A stretch of DNA of 64,000 nucleotides from Acidobacteriota bacterium (GCA_022826195.1 JAJDVI010000012.1:71583-135582), one strand, 5' to 3'. Positions 1 through 9,362 are shown, counted from the stretch's first letter. Notes: generated from the letters alone by a model not told the origin. Numbers and translations: made by a program.

Positions 1-596
1 CCGACATGCTCATCGTCACCGGCTCCAACATGTCGGGGAAGAGCACCCTGCTGCGGGCGATCGGCGTCAACTTCGTCCTCGCCCGGATGGGTGCGCCGAC
101 CGCCGCGACGACGTTCCGTCTCGGGCCGCTCGCCCTGGGAGCCTCGATCGCCGTCCACGACTCGCTCCAGGACGGCGTTTCCCGCTTCCTCGCGGAACTG
201 CTGGCGCTCAAGGCGGTGCTGAACACCGGCTCGAAGGAGGAGCCGCTGCTCTTCCTGCTGGACGAGGTCCTCCAGGGGACGAACTCGGATGACCGCCGCG
301 CCGCGGTCGCCGCGCTCCTCCGCGAGCTGGGACGGCGGTCCGCCGTCGGCGTGATGACGACGCACGACCTGTCGCTCACGGAACTGGCTCACGAACTGCC
401 GGGCCGCGTCCGTAACATGCACTTCACGGAGCGGGTGGTGGACGGCGCCATGGAGTTCGACTATCAGCTTCGGGAAGGAGTCCTCGCCCGCGGCAACGCG
501 CTCGATCTCATGCGGATCCTCGACCTGCCGGCGCCCCGGGGGGAGGTGGCCGACTTCACCTCGCTGCCGGCCCCCGGACCGGGACGGGAGAACTGA
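1..596 (+). CDS. MutS-family DNA mismatch-repair ATPase, C-terminal domain (5'-partial, continues upstream of window)
   Basis: Walker A GSNMSGKST, LLDEV..GT Walker B-like, TTHD signature of MutS domain V; no Smr domain before stop. Confidence 0.7.
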   Translation, partial: DMLIVTGSNMSGKSTLLRAIGVNFVLARMGAPTAATTFRLGPLALGASIAVHDSLQDGVSRFLAELLALKAVLNTGSKEEPLLFLLDEVLQGTNSDDRRAAVAALLRELGRRSAVGVMTTHDLSLTELAHELPGRVRNMHFTERVVDGAMEFDYQLREGVLARGNALDLMRILDLPAPRGEVADFTSLPAPGPGREN

Positions 597-607
597 CGGA
601 GCGCCGC

Positions 608-1633
608 GTGGGTGCGCGAGAACCTCCGCCCGGCCGCCGGGACGAGGAGTTCCATCAGACCCTCCGCCCGCGGGACTTCGGGGAGTACGTCGGCCAGACC
701 GCGGTCCTCGAACAGCTCGAGATCAGCGTCGGCGCGGCGCGAGGCCGGGGAGAGGCCCTCGATCATGTGCTCCTCCACGGCCCTCCGGGCCTCGGCAAGA
801 CCTCGCTCGCCGCGGTGCTCGCGCGGGAACTCGAAGTTCCCATGCACACCTCCGCGGGCCCGCTCGTGCCGCGCACCGGCGACATGGTGGCGCTGCTGAA
901 CGCGCTGTCGCGCAACGAGATCCTGTTCATCGACGAGATCCACCGCCTCGCTCCCGCCGTCGCGGAGGTCCTCTATCCCGCCATGGAGGACCACTACGTG
1001 GACATCATGGTCGGTGAGAAGCTGGGCGCCCACAGCCTCCGCATCGACCTGCCGCCCTTCACGCTGGTGGGGGCGACCACCCGCGCCGACCTGCTGACCG
1101 GCCCGCTGCGGGACCGGTTCCCGCTCGTCCACCAGCTCGAGTTCTATTCGGTCGAGGAGGTCGAACGGGTGCTTTCGCGCGCCGCGCGGGTGCTCGGGGT
1201 GCACCTCGAGCCGGACGCCGGACAGGAGATCGCCGCGCGGGCCCGGGGGACGCCGCGGGTCGCCAACAACCTGCTGCGGCGGGTGCGGGACTACGCCGAG
1301 GTGCGCAGCGACGGGGTCATTCGCCGGGACACGGCGCTCGCGCTGCTCGAGATCGCCCAGGTCGACGAACAGGGGCTCGACCGTTTCGACCGCAAGATCC
1401 TCGAGAGCCTGCTGGACAACTTTGCCGGCGGGCCGGTGGGGGTGGCCAACCTGGCCGCCACCCTGGGGATGGACAACCGCACTCTGGAAGAGGTCCACGA
1501 GCCGTATCTCATCTACCGCGGCTTCCTGCGGCGGACGGCGAAGGGACGCATGATCACCGACCGGGGCGCGAGGCACCTGGGGCGCGCCGCCTCGGGGACG
1601 CTGTTTCCGGAGACGCCGAACGCCAAGGCGTGA
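608..1633 (+). CDS. ruvB: Holliday junction branch migration helicase RuvB
   Basis: LRPRDFGEYVGQ N-terminus, Walker A LLHGPPGLGKTSLA, RuvB C-terminal winged helix; GTG start. Confidence 0.9.
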   Translation: MGAREPPPGRRDEEFHQTLRPRDFGEYVGQTAVLEQLEISVGAARGRGEALDHVLLHGPPGLGKTSLAAVLARELEVPMHTSAGPLVPRTGDMVALLNALSRNEILFIDEIHRLAPAVAEVLYPAMEDHYVDIMVGEKLGAHSLRIDLPPFTLVGATTRADLLTGPLRDRFPLVHQLEFYSVEEVERVLSRAARVLGVHLEPDAGQEIAARARGTPRVANNLLRRVRDYAEVRSDGVIRRDTALALLEIAQVDEQGLDRFDRKILESLLDNFAGGPVGVANLAATLGMDNRTLEEVHEPYLIYRGFLRRTAKGRMITDRGARHLGRAASGTLFPETPNAKA

Positions 1634-1663
1634 TCCCGGCGCCGGCGACGGTCGATTCGAAGG

Positions 1664-2731
1664 TTGCGGACTTCCGACTTCGCCTACGAACTGCCCGCGG
1701 AACTCATTGCGCAGGCGCCGCCCGCGGCGCGGAGCGACGCCCGGTTGCTCCACCTCGGTGCTGACGGCCGGACGGCGCACCTGGAGTTTGCCGATCTCCC
1801 GTCGCTGCTCCGGCCGGACGATCTGCTGGTGCGGAACGTCACCCGGGTGATCCCCGCCCGCGTGCCGGCCAGGAAGGAGGTGGGCGGCGGGCGCGTCGAG
1901 GTGTTCCTCCTCCCGGGGGACGAGGGGCCCGGAGGGCTCTTCCGGGCCCTCACCCGGCCGGCGCTGCGGCCGGGCGTCCGCCTGCTCGCCGGCGAGGGAG
2001 ACCGGGTCCGCCTCGAGGTGGGAACGGATCTCGGCGGCGGGCAGCGCCAGATCCGGATCCTCTCCGGCGCGGCGGGGGTTCTCGACCTCGCAGAGCAGGT
2101 GGGCCGGACGCCCCTGCCGCCCTACATTCGCCGTGACCTCGAGGCGTCGGAAGGTCCGGACGGCACGGACCGGGAGCGCTATCAGACCGTGTACGCGCGG
2201 TTTCCGGGCTCGGTGGCCGCTCCGACCGCCGGTCTCCACTTCGAATCCGGGATGTTCGCCCGGTTGCGCGAAAGAGGCATCCGGGTCGTGGACCTGGTCC
2301 TGCACGTCGGCTACGGGACGTTCGCCCCGGTGCGGGTCGAGGACCCGCGCGACCACGAACTGGCGGCCGAGCGGTTCTTCCTTCCCGATGCGACCCGGAG
2401 GGCGGTCCTCGCCCAGTTGGCCGAGGGCCGCCGGGTGGTGGCGGTCGGGACGACCACCGTCCGGGTGCTCGAGACCCCCGGTGTTCTGGAAAGCGACGGC
2501 ATCGCCGGCTCGACCTCGCTGCTGATCCTCCCGGGCCACCGCTTCCGGGTGGTCTCCGCGATGCTGACCAACTTCCATCTGCCCGGGAGTTCGCTCCTCA
2601 TGCTGGTCGCGGCCCTCGGCGGAACGGACGCGGTGCTCGCCGCCTACCGCGAGGCGGTACGGCGCCAGTACCGCTTCTACTCCTACGGCGACGCCATGTT
2701 CGTGGAGAAGGGCGCCCCGGCGGCGCCGTGA
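1664..2731 (+). CDS. queA: S-adenosylmethionine:tRNA ribosyltransferase-isomerase QueA
   Basis: hallmark N-terminus DFAYELPAELIAQAP, length 355 aa; TTG start. Confidence 0.85.
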   Translation: MRTSDFAYELPAELIAQAPPAARSDARLLHLGADGRTAHLEFADLPSLLRPDDLLVRNVTRVIPARVPARKEVGGGRVEVFLLPGDEGPGGLFRALTRPALRPGVRLLAGEGDRVRLEVGTDLGGGQRQIRILSGAAGVLDLAEQVGRTPLPPYIRRDLEASEGPDGTDRERYQTVYARFPGSVAAPTAGLHFESGMFARLRERGIRVVDLVLHVGYGTFAPVRVEDPRDHELAAERFFLPDATRRAVLAQLAEGRRVVAVGTTTVRVLETPGVLESDGIAGSTSLLILPGHRFRVVSAMLTNFHLPGSSLLMLVAALGGTDAVLAAYREAVRRQYRFYSYGDAMFVEKGAPAAP

Positions 2732-2737
2732 TGGCAC

Positions 2738-2795
2738 TGCCGGCCTGGAACGCCGGTCTCCAGACCGACACCGCGGCGCCCCCCCACCGGGAGAA
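2738..2795. repeat. REP-like GC-rich palindromic repeat (reverse-complement orientation of the 32.5 kb copy)
   Basis: GCCGGCCTGGAACGCCGGTCTCCAGACCG...CGCGGCGCCC matches RC of 32540-32600 element. Confidence 0.6.
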
Positions 2796-2874
2796 CTGGC
2801 GCGCCGCGCACGTCGTAAAGCCCACCCGGCAAAGGCGGCTCCTACCTCGGCGTTGCGCTCGAGAGTGGAGGTGA

Positions 2875-2915
2875 CGCAACGGCTTGGAACGCCGGCTTCA
2901 GCCGGCACAGCAGCG
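2875..2915. repeat. REP-like repeat, core CGGCTTGGAACGCCGGCTTCAGCCGGCAC
   Basis: near-identical core at 6640-6670 and reverse-complemented at 17120-17150. Confidence 0.65.
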
Positions 2916-3003
2916 CGCAGCGCTGCGGGCGGTTCATCGCCACGGATGCTCAGGCGGCAGGGAGACGGGACCCGGCGGCCAGGGCTCCTACAATCCGCCA
3001 CCC

Positions 3004-3405
3004 ATGAAACGCCGAAGCGTCGGAAGCGGAGTCTCCTGGGAAACCGAATTCGGCTACTCCCGCGCCACCCGGATCGGCGACCGCATCCTGGTCTCCGGCA
3101 CCACCGCAACCGGGCCGGACGGGCCGGTGGCGATCGGCGACCCGGCCGAACAGACGCGATACGCCATCGGGAAGGTCCGCACCGCGATCGAGTCCCTCGG
3201 CGGCACCCTCGACGACGTCGTCCGCACCCGGATCCACGTGAAGCCGGGGACCGACTGGGAGCCGGTGGCCAGGGTCCACGGCGAGTTCTTCGGGTCCGTC
3301 CGGCCCGCCTGCACGCTGACCTACGCGGATCTCATCGGGGAGGAGTACCTCGTCGAAATCGAGGTCGAGGCGGTCGTCGGCGCCGCCGCTCCGGAGGGCG
3401 CGTGA
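3004..3405 (+). CDS. ridA: RidA/YjgF family reactive-intermediate deaminase
   Basis: YjgF signature region RIGDRILVSGTTA...IHV..TDWE.V..V...FF, ~133 aa from ATG 3004; the longer ORF start at 2884 is unlikely. Confidence 0.7.
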   Translation: MKRRSVGSGVSWETEFGYSRATRIGDRILVSGTTATGPDGPVAIGDPAEQTRYAIGKVRTAIESLGGTLDDVVRTRIHVKPGTDWEPVARVHGEFFGSVRPACTLTYADLIGEEYLVEIEVEAVVGAAAPEGA

Positions 3406-6400
3406 AGGTCGCCGGGCCGTTCGCGGGCGTCCTGCTCCTGCTCGGGGCGCTGGCCGCGCCCGCCGCGGCGCAGGGACCGGTCCGGCGCGCCGCGGTTCCC
3501 GACGGATTCGAGGTGCCCGCGCAGGTACTCGGGGACATCGACTTCCGGATGGTGGGACCGTCGCGCGGCGGGCGGGTGACCACGGTGACGGGCATTCCCG
3601 ACCAGCCGTACGTCTTCTACATGGGTTCGACCGGGGGCGGCGTCTGGAAGACCGAGAACGCCGGGGTTTCGTGGACGAACCTGTCGGACAAGGAGTTCGC
3701 CGTTGGCTCCATCGGGGCGGTGGCGGTCGCGCCCTCGGATCCGAACGTGGTCTACGTGGGCACCGGCTCCGCCTGCCCGCGCGGCAACATCTCCGTCGGC
3801 AACGGCGTCTACCGCAGCACCGACGCCGGGCGCTCCTGGACCCACGTGGGTCTGGAGGCTGCCGGCCTCATCGGCCGGATCGTGGTGGACCCGGACGATC
3901 CCGACCGCGCCTTCGTCGCGGTGCTCGGTCAGATCTTCGGCCGCTCACCCGAACGGGGCGTCTACCTGACGGAGGACGGAGGGAAGACCTGGACGGCGTC
4001 GCTCCAGATCTCCGACGCGACCGGCGCCGTGGAGCTCGCGATGAACCCGGCGAACCCGCGGGAGGTCTTCGCCGCGATGTGGCCGGCGGAGCGGAAGCCG
4101 TGGACCCTCATCGACGGCGGCGCCGAGGGGGGCCTCTACCGCACCCGGGACGGGGGCGGGTCGTGGGAACGGCTCGGAGGCGGATTGCCGGAAGCCTCCG
4201 AGGAAAACCCGGTCGGCCGCATCGGCGTGTCCATCGCCGCATCGGACCCGCGCCGGGTCTACGCGCTGGTCACCGCCGCCGAGGAGCGGGGCGGTCTTTA
4301 CCGGAGCGAAGACGGCGGAGACACCTGGACGCGGGTGAACGGCGACCGCCGCCTGCGGGGCCGCGGCTGGTACTACAGCCACGTGGTCGCCGACCCGACC
4401 GACCCGGACACCGTCTACGTCCTGAACGCCCCCTTCCTGAAGTCGGTGGACGCCGGCAAGTCCTTCCGGACGGCGCGCGTGCCCCACGGAGACAACCACG
4501 ACCTGTGGATCAACCCGAACGACTCCCGGATCATGGTGGAGGCGAACGACGGGGGAGCCACCGTGACCCTCGATGGGGGCGAGAACTGGTCGTCCATCCA
4601 CAACCAGCCCACCGCCGAGTTCTACCGGCTCACCGTGGACGACGAGTTCCCGCGGCGGCTCTACGGGGCGCAGCAGGACAACTCGACGATCAGCGTGCCG
4701 TCCTGGACCGACAGCGGCCTCTCACCCGAAGCCCACTGGTGGGACGTCGCCGGCGGCGAGAGCGGGCACATCGCGGTGACCCCCGGCCGGCCCGAACTGA
4801 CCTACGCGGGCAACTACATCGGCCAGATCGACCGGTACGACCGCGACGAGGCCGGCGCGCGCAACGTGATCGTCTATCCCGAACTCGCCGACGGGACGGC
4901 CCCGCGCGACCTCCAGTACCGCTTTCAGTGGAATGCCCCCATCGTCGTTTCCCGGCACGACCCGGAGGTCGTCTTCCACACCTCCAACTACGTCCATCGC
5001 ACCACCGACGGCGGCCTCTCGTGGACGACCATCTCGCCCGACCTGACAGTGGGGGATCCCGAGAAGGGCGCGCTACCGGGCAATCCGGTGCAGCACGACC
5101 ACACCGGCGTCGAGGTCTACGGAACGATCTTCGCCCTCGGGGAGTCTCCCCGCGCGTCCGGCGTCCTCTGGGCCGGCACCGATGACGGCCTGGTCCACCT
5201 GACGCGGGACGGCGGCGGGTCCTGGACCGAGGTGACCCCGCCGGGAATGCCGGCCGGCGGCACCGTGAACAGCCTCGACGTCTCCGCGCGTCACGACGGC
5301 GGGGTTCTCCTCGCCGTGCAGCGGTACCGCGAGAACGACTTCGAGCCCTACGTCTTTCGCACCACGGACTTCGGAGCGACGTGGACGCGTCTCGGCAGCG
5401 ACGGGGGAATACCGCCGGGTCACCCCGCGCGGGTGGTCCGGGGGGACCCCCGGGCCGAGAACGTCCTCTATCTGGGGACCGAGTTCGGGCTCTTCCTGAG
5501 TCTGGACGGCGGCGAGCGCTTCGTTCCCTTCGGGGACCTTCCGGCCACCCCGATCACCGATCTGCAGGTGGCGGGGGACGAGCTGCTGGTGGCCACCCAG
5601 GGCCGGTCGTTCTGGGTGCTCGACGACCTCACGCCGGTGCGGGCGCTGGCGGGCCGTGCGTGGGACGCGCCGGCGCTCCTGCCGGCGGGAACGGCGGTGC
5701 GGCTGGCCACCGGCGGCAGCCGGCCGTTCCGCGGTCCGGGCGCGCCGGAGAACCGTCCGGCGGGGGCTCTCCTCCACTACTTCCTGCCCGGGGATCTTGA
5801 AGAGGGTGACGAACTCCGCCTCACGGTCACGGACGCGAACGGTGAGGTGATCCGGGAGTTCGAGCGGAAGCCGGCGTCCGGCGCCGAGCGCGAGGAGTCC
5901 GGGGAGGAGCAGCCGAATCCCGACGCCGTGCTGGAAACGGAAGCCGGACTCCAGCGGATCGCGTGGGACCTGAAGTACAAGCGTCCCGAACTCCTGAAGG
6001 GCGCGGTGATGTCCATCTCCTATACCGGGGGCGCGTTCGTGATGCCGGGGTCCTACGCCGCCTCGCTGTCCTTCCGCAAGGAGGGTGGGGAGGAAGTCCG
6101 GGGCGATCCCGTCCGGTTCGAGGTGCTGAAGGACCCGCGGACGGCCGTCACCGAGGACGATCTCCGCCAGCAGCACGACCTGGTGCGGCAGTCGCAGGCG
6201 CTGCTCGAGCGCGTGCACGAGCGGATCGGCGCGCTCCGGGAAGCCCGCGACCAGTTGGAGGCGGTCGAAGAGCGGGCGCGGCAGGCGGAGCGCTGGACCG
6301 ACGAACTCGAGGAGGCGTCGGAGACCCTGCGGAAGGGTCTGACCGAGGTCGAGGACGAACTCATCCAGACGAAGAACGAGGCCGGTCAGGATCCCGTCAA

Positions 6401-6629
6401 CTTCACGCCGCGGCTGGACAACCAGATCGCCTATCTCTACGGGCACATCGCGCAGAACTACGGCCGCCCCACTGGAGGCTCCTTCGAGCGTTTCCGGGAC
6501 CTCGACGCGGAGGCGAAACCGATCCTCGAACGGCTCGCCACCCTCCTCGGCGACGGCGTCGCCGACCTGAACCGCGCGCTTCAGGAGGCCGGCGTCACCG
6601 GGGCCGTGCTGGTCGCTCCGACCCGCTGA
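3402..6629 (+). CDS. Secreted BNR/Asp-box repeat protein (sortilin/Vps10-like glycosyl hydrolase-like) with C-terminal coiled coil
   Basis: signal peptide after GTG 3402 (VKVAGPFAGVLLLLGALAAPAAAQG); many S-x-D-x-G-x-T-W Asp-box repeats (STDAGRSWT, TEDGGKTWT, TRDGGGSWE, SEDGGDTWT, TTDGGLSWT, TRDGGGSWT); coiled-coil tail 6150-6400. Confidence 0.6.
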   Translation: MKVAGPFAGVLLLLGALAAPAAAQGPVRRAAVPDGFEVPAQVLGDIDFRMVGPSRGGRVTTVTGIPDQPYVFYMGSTGGGVWKTENAGVSWTNLSDKEFAVGSIGAVAVAPSDPNVVYVGTGSACPRGNISVGNGVYRSTDAGRSWTHVGLEAAGLIGRIVVDPDDPDRAFVAVLGQIFGRSPERGVYLTEDGGKTWTASLQISDATGAVELAMNPANPREVFAAMWPAERKPWTLIDGGAEGGLYRTRDGGGSWERLGGGLPEASEENPVGRIGVSIAASDPRRVYALVTAAEERGGLYRSEDGGDTWTRVNGDRRLRGRGWYYSHVVADPTDPDTVYVLNAPFLKSVDAGKSFRTARVPHGDNHDLWINPNDSRIMVEANDGGATVTLDGGENWSSIHNQPTAEFYRLTVDDEFPRRLYGAQQDNSTISVPSWTDSGLSPEAHWWDVAGGESGHIAVTPGRPELTYAGNYIGQIDRYDRDEAGARNVIVYPELADGTAPRDLQYRFQWNAPIVVSRHDPEVVFHTSNYVHRTTDGGLSWTTISPDLTVGDPEKGALPGNPVQHDHTGVEVYGTIFALGESPRASGVLWAGTDDGLVHLTRDGGGSWTEVTPPGMPAGGTVNSLDVSARHDGGVLLAVQRYRENDFEPYVFRTTDFGATWTRLGSDGGIPPGHPARVVRGDPRAENVLYLGTEFGLFLSLDGGERFVPFGDLPATPITDLQVAGDELLVATQGRSFWVLDDLTPVRALAGRAWDAPALLPAGTAVRLATGGSRPFRGPGAPENRPAGALLHYFLPGDLEEGDELRLTVTDANGEVIREFERKPASGAEREESGEEQPNPDAVLETEAGLQRIAWDLKYKRPELLKGAVMSISYTGGAFVMPGSYAASLSFRKEGGEEVRGDPVRFEVLKDPRTAVTEDDLRQQHDLVRQSQALLERVHERIGALREARDQLEAVEERARQAERWTDELEEASETLRKGLTEVEDELIQTKNEAGQDPVNFTPRLDNQIAYLYGHIAQNYGRPTGGSFERFRDLDAEAKPILERLATLLGDGVADLNRALQEAGVTGAVLVAPTR

Positions 6630-6639
6630 AGCACGCTAC

Positions 6640-6775
6640 GGCTTGGACCGCCGGCTTCAGCCGGCACCGCGCATCGGTTCCTGAGCAGGGGCGTCGGCTC
6701 GGAGCGCCGGCCTCCGGCCGGCATCGCGCGGGAGCGCGAAACCCGCGTCGATGGCGCTCTCCGCGAATCCATGCC
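6640..6775. repeat. Composite REP-like mosaic element (two modules)
   Basis: module 1 CGGCTTGGACCGCCGGCTTCAGCCGGCAC; module 2 GGAGCGCCGGCCTCCGGCCGGCATCGCGCGGGAGCGCGAAACCCGCGTCGATGGCGC matches 58715-58775 with 2 mismatches. Confidence 0.7.
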
Positions 6776-6845
6776 GGTGCGCGAGCGTTTCCTGGGTGTT
6801 ACACTGGCCTGCACATGCACACTTTGAATGTGCAACACAACGACA

Positions 6846-7132
6846 TGTCCAGAATCCACCTCATCGTTACCGAGGCCCAGAAGGTCCGCTACCAGGGCCA
6901 GGCGGCCCGCGAGGGAAAGTCGCTCGGCGCCTGGCTGCGCGAAGCCGCGGAGGAGAGAATCAGCCGCCCGGCCGCAAGACGCTTCGGCACGCCGGAGGAG
7001 GTGCGCACGTATCTCGAGGGATGCTGGGAACGGGCGGCCGCTGGCGGTGGTCCGGACCGCGAACCCGATTGGGAAGAGACGAAGAAGCTCATCCTCGATT
7101 CGAAGATTCGCGGGCCCGAAGAGTTCGCGTGA
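6846..7132 (+). CDS. vapB: Ribbon-helix-helix antitoxin (VapB/CopG-like)
   Basis: MSRIHLIVTEAQKVRYQGQAAREGKSLGAWLREAAEE RHH fold; directly upstream of and overlapping the PIN gene; alternative ATG at 6817. Confidence 0.6.
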
Positions 7133-7530
7133 CCTTCATCGAGACGAACGTCTTCCTGTTCGCGGTCGGACGACCGCATCCCTTGAGGGAGGAAGCCCTT
7201 CGCGTGCTCGACCGGGGGATGCGGAGCAGTACGGAGTTCGTTACCTCGGCGGAGGTCCTTCAGGAGGTGCTCCACGTGTTTTCGCGGCGCCGACTCCTGG
7301 AGCGTTGCGACGACGCGTTCGGACTGGTCGAACGGGTGGTCTCGGATGTGTGGTCGCTGGAGCCGGAGGATGTCGCGCTTGCCCGGACATTGGCCGACCG
7401 CCACCCCGAGCTCGAAGCGCGCGATCTCGTCCATATGGCCTGTTGCCTGCGGCGGCAGGCGACCGATCTCGTCACCTTCGACCGCGGTCTCGCCGCCGCC
7501 TGGGCGCGGCGGTCGCGATCCCGGCCGTAG
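7129..7530 (+). CDS. vapC: PIN-domain ribonuclease toxin VapC
   Basis: GTG start overlapping vapB stop; PIN acidic residues (IETN, EVLQEV, ARDLV, TFD); ~133 aa. Confidence 0.7.
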   Translation: MTFIETNVFLFAVGRPHPLREEALRVLDRGMRSSTEFVTSAEVLQEVLHVFSRRRLLERCDDAFGLVERVVSDVWSLEPEDVALARTLADRHPELEARDLVHMACCLRRQATDLVTFDRGLAAAWARRSRSRP

Positions 7531-7637
7531 CGCCGGGCTACGCGGGAACCGGCTCGGCGGCCGGCGACTCCGGCCAGAGAGGACCCAAGCTGCGGGATTC
7601 CCGCCGCCCCTTCGGCGCCGAGGTCTGGTGCGGCGAG

Positions 7638-7952
7638 CTACCCCGAGACCCGCTCGGAGTCCCCGGCCTTCGGCCAGAGCCGCTCGAGGTGCAGGTCCTT
7701 CGCCGCCGCAACCGCCTGCGCAAGGTCGTAGTTCGCCTGCAACCGGTACCAGGCCCCGGCGCCGCCGCCGAACACCTTTTCGAGCCGAATGGCCATCGTC
7801 GGGGAGATCCCCACGCGGCAGTTCACTAACGCCGACAACTGTTTCCGGCTGACTCCGAGCTTCTTTGCGGCTTCAGCGACCGTCAACCCCAGCGGCTCGA
7901 TGCAGTCATGCAGCACTGACAGGCCGGGGTGTGGCGGGTTCTCCCTGGTCAT
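7638..7952 (-). CDS. higA: HigA-family HTH (XRE) antitoxin-like protein, no cognate HigB adjacent
   Basis: HPGLSVLHDCIEPLGLTVAEAAKKLGVSRKQLSALVNCRVGISPTMAIRLEKVFGGGAGAWYRLQANYDL is the canonical HigA fold. Confidence 0.65.
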   Translation of the reverse strand: MTRENPPHPGLSVLHDCIEPLGLTVAEAAKKLGVSRKQLSALVNCRVGISPTMAIRLEKVFGGGAGAWYRLQANYDLAQAVAAAKDLHLERLWPKAGDSERVSG

Positions 7953-7956
7953 TGGG

Positions 7957-9177
7957 TCACTCGTCCGTCGGTCCCGGCAAGTCCTCCAGCAAGCCCTCCC
8001 GGTACGGGAACAGCGCTGGGGTGCCGCCGGTGTGGAGGAAGACCACCACGTCGGTGTCGCTGAATTGGCCGTTGCGCGCCATGTCGAACAGACCCGTCAT
8101 GGCCTTCCCGGTATAGACCGGATCGAGGAGGATTCCCTCGGTCCGGGCGGTCAACGCGATCGTCTCCACGACGTCCTCGTTCAGGATGCCGTAGCCCTCG
8201 CCGACGTATTCGTCGTGGACCACCACGTCAGAGGGGCCGACTTCCAGGTCGAGCCCCATCGCCTCAACCGTCTCCTGCGCGATGGCGAGCACGTTCGCTT
8301 CGCTCGGGGCCTTGCTGCCGCCGGTGCTGATCCCGATGATCCGCACGTCGGGCGCGAGCATCTTCGCCCCGACCACGAGCCCGGCCTGGGTGCTGCCGGA
8401 GCCCGAGGCGTGGACCACGTGGGTGATCGTCACGCCGGCGTCGCGCGCCTGGGCGACGAGCTCCCGGAAGCAGTTCGCGTAGGCGACCGAGCCGAGCGGC
8501 AGCACCATGTCGCCACCCGTGCGCGAGCCGCCCACGGACACCACGTAGGGATTCCGTCCCGCCTCGCGTTCCGTCGCGGCGATCTCGTCCACCATCGCCT
8601 CCCGGTCCTCGCCCGGCTCGATGATGCGCACGTCGGCGCCCAGAATCCGGTCGAGCAGCAGGTTGCCGTCCGCGGGCGCTACCGACTGGTCCTCCCGGCG
8701 CGCCAGGACGAGGATCGGGTCCATGCCCAGCCGCCGCGAACCGGCGGCCGTCATCCGCGCCCAGTTGGACTGCACGCCGGCCCAGGTGATCACGCTGTCG
8801 CTGCCTTTCGCGACCGCGTCGGCGAGGATGAAGTCGAGCTTTCGCGCCTTGTTGCCGCCGAAGGCGAGCCCGGTCTGGTCGTCACGCTTGACGAACAGGC
8901 GGGGGCCGCCGAGTTCCGCGGCGAGTGTGGGCATCTCCTCGAAGGGGGTCGGGAGGTGAGCGAGCGGGGCCTGTTCGAAACGGCCGACGGCCTCGTCGAA
9001 GATGGTCATGGGGTCGGTGGTGTCTCCTTCCAGGTCGCCGGCGCCGGCGCCGCCGCAGGCGGAAAGACTGGCGGCGAGGAGGCCCCCACCGGCGACCATC
9101 GAGATTGAGCGGAGTGCGTTCACGGGCAGTCCTCCAGGGCGGGCGAGTTTACGCAGGCAGATCCGGAAGGGTGTCAT
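7957..9177 (-). CDS. PLP-dependent ACC deaminase / D-cysteine desulfhydrase family protein, probable lipoprotein
   Basis: GGNKARKLDFILADA (PLP-lysine motif), family-typical glycine-rich stretch; LSAC lipobox; true start may be internal (MVAGGG at ~9099). Confidence 0.7.
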   Translation of the reverse strand: MTPFRICLRKLARPGGLPVNALRSISMVAGGGLLAASLSACGGAGAGDLEGDTTDPMTIFDEAVGRFEQAPLAHLPTPFEEMPTLAAELGGPRLFVKRDDQTGLAFGGNKARKLDFILADAVAKGSDSVITWAGVQSNWARMTAAGSRRLGMDPILVLARREDQSVAPADGNLLLDRILGADVRIIEPGEDREAMVDEIAATEREAGRNPYVVSVGGSRTGGDMVLPLGSVAYANCFRELVAQARDAGVTITHVVHASGSGSTQAGLVVGAKMLAPDVRIIGISTGGSKAPSEANVLAIAQETVEAMGLDLEVGPSDVVVHDEYVGEGYGILNEDVVETIALTARTEGILLDPVYTGKAMTGLFDMARNGQFSDTDVVVFLHTGGTPALFPYREGLLEDLPGPTDE

Positions 9178-9204
9178 TCGACGACTCCGGAGCCGTCCGC
9201 CGGG

Positions 9205-9362
9205 TCAGGCATGTGTCTAATCCGGGTTCGGAGGGCGAGGCATGTGTCCTATTGGGAGTCGGCTGAATCCGGGCATGCGTCAATTCCGGGTTCGGGAAGC
9301 GAGGCATGTGTCCATTTCGGAGCCGGCTGAATCCGGGCACGTGTCCATTGGGAGCCCTGCCG
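9205..9362. repeat. Tandem repeat, ~63-bp unit (two alternating ~32-bp subunits) x ~2.5, lower GC than surroundings
   Basis: subunits GCATGTGTC(T/C)AAT..CCGGGTTCGG.A.GCGAG and GCATGTGTCC.ATT.GGAG.CGGCTGAATCCGG repeated at 9207, 9238, 9270, 9302, 9334. Confidence 0.7.

Noticed and set aside
464-3109. 881-aa minus-strand ORF spanning ruvB and queA
   Set aside because: Antisense to two well-supported genes with strong homology. It is low-complexity Arg/Pro/Gly-rich sequence typical of spurious ORFs in ~70% GC DNA.
2853-3402. N-terminal 180-aa extension of the BNR ORF, and the longer ridA start at 2884
   Set aside because: Extensions run through two REP elements and overlap ridA. A signal peptide begins at GTG 3402, and the RidA fold begins at ATG 3004.
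5963-7132. 389-aa ORF in the vapB frame
   Set aside because: Only the last ~95 aa (RHH antitoxin) look like protein. The upstream part overlaps the BNR gene 3' end and a REP element.
9205-9362. Possible CRISPR array
   Set aside because: Repeat units are contiguous and degenerate, with no unique spacers of regular length and no cas genes.
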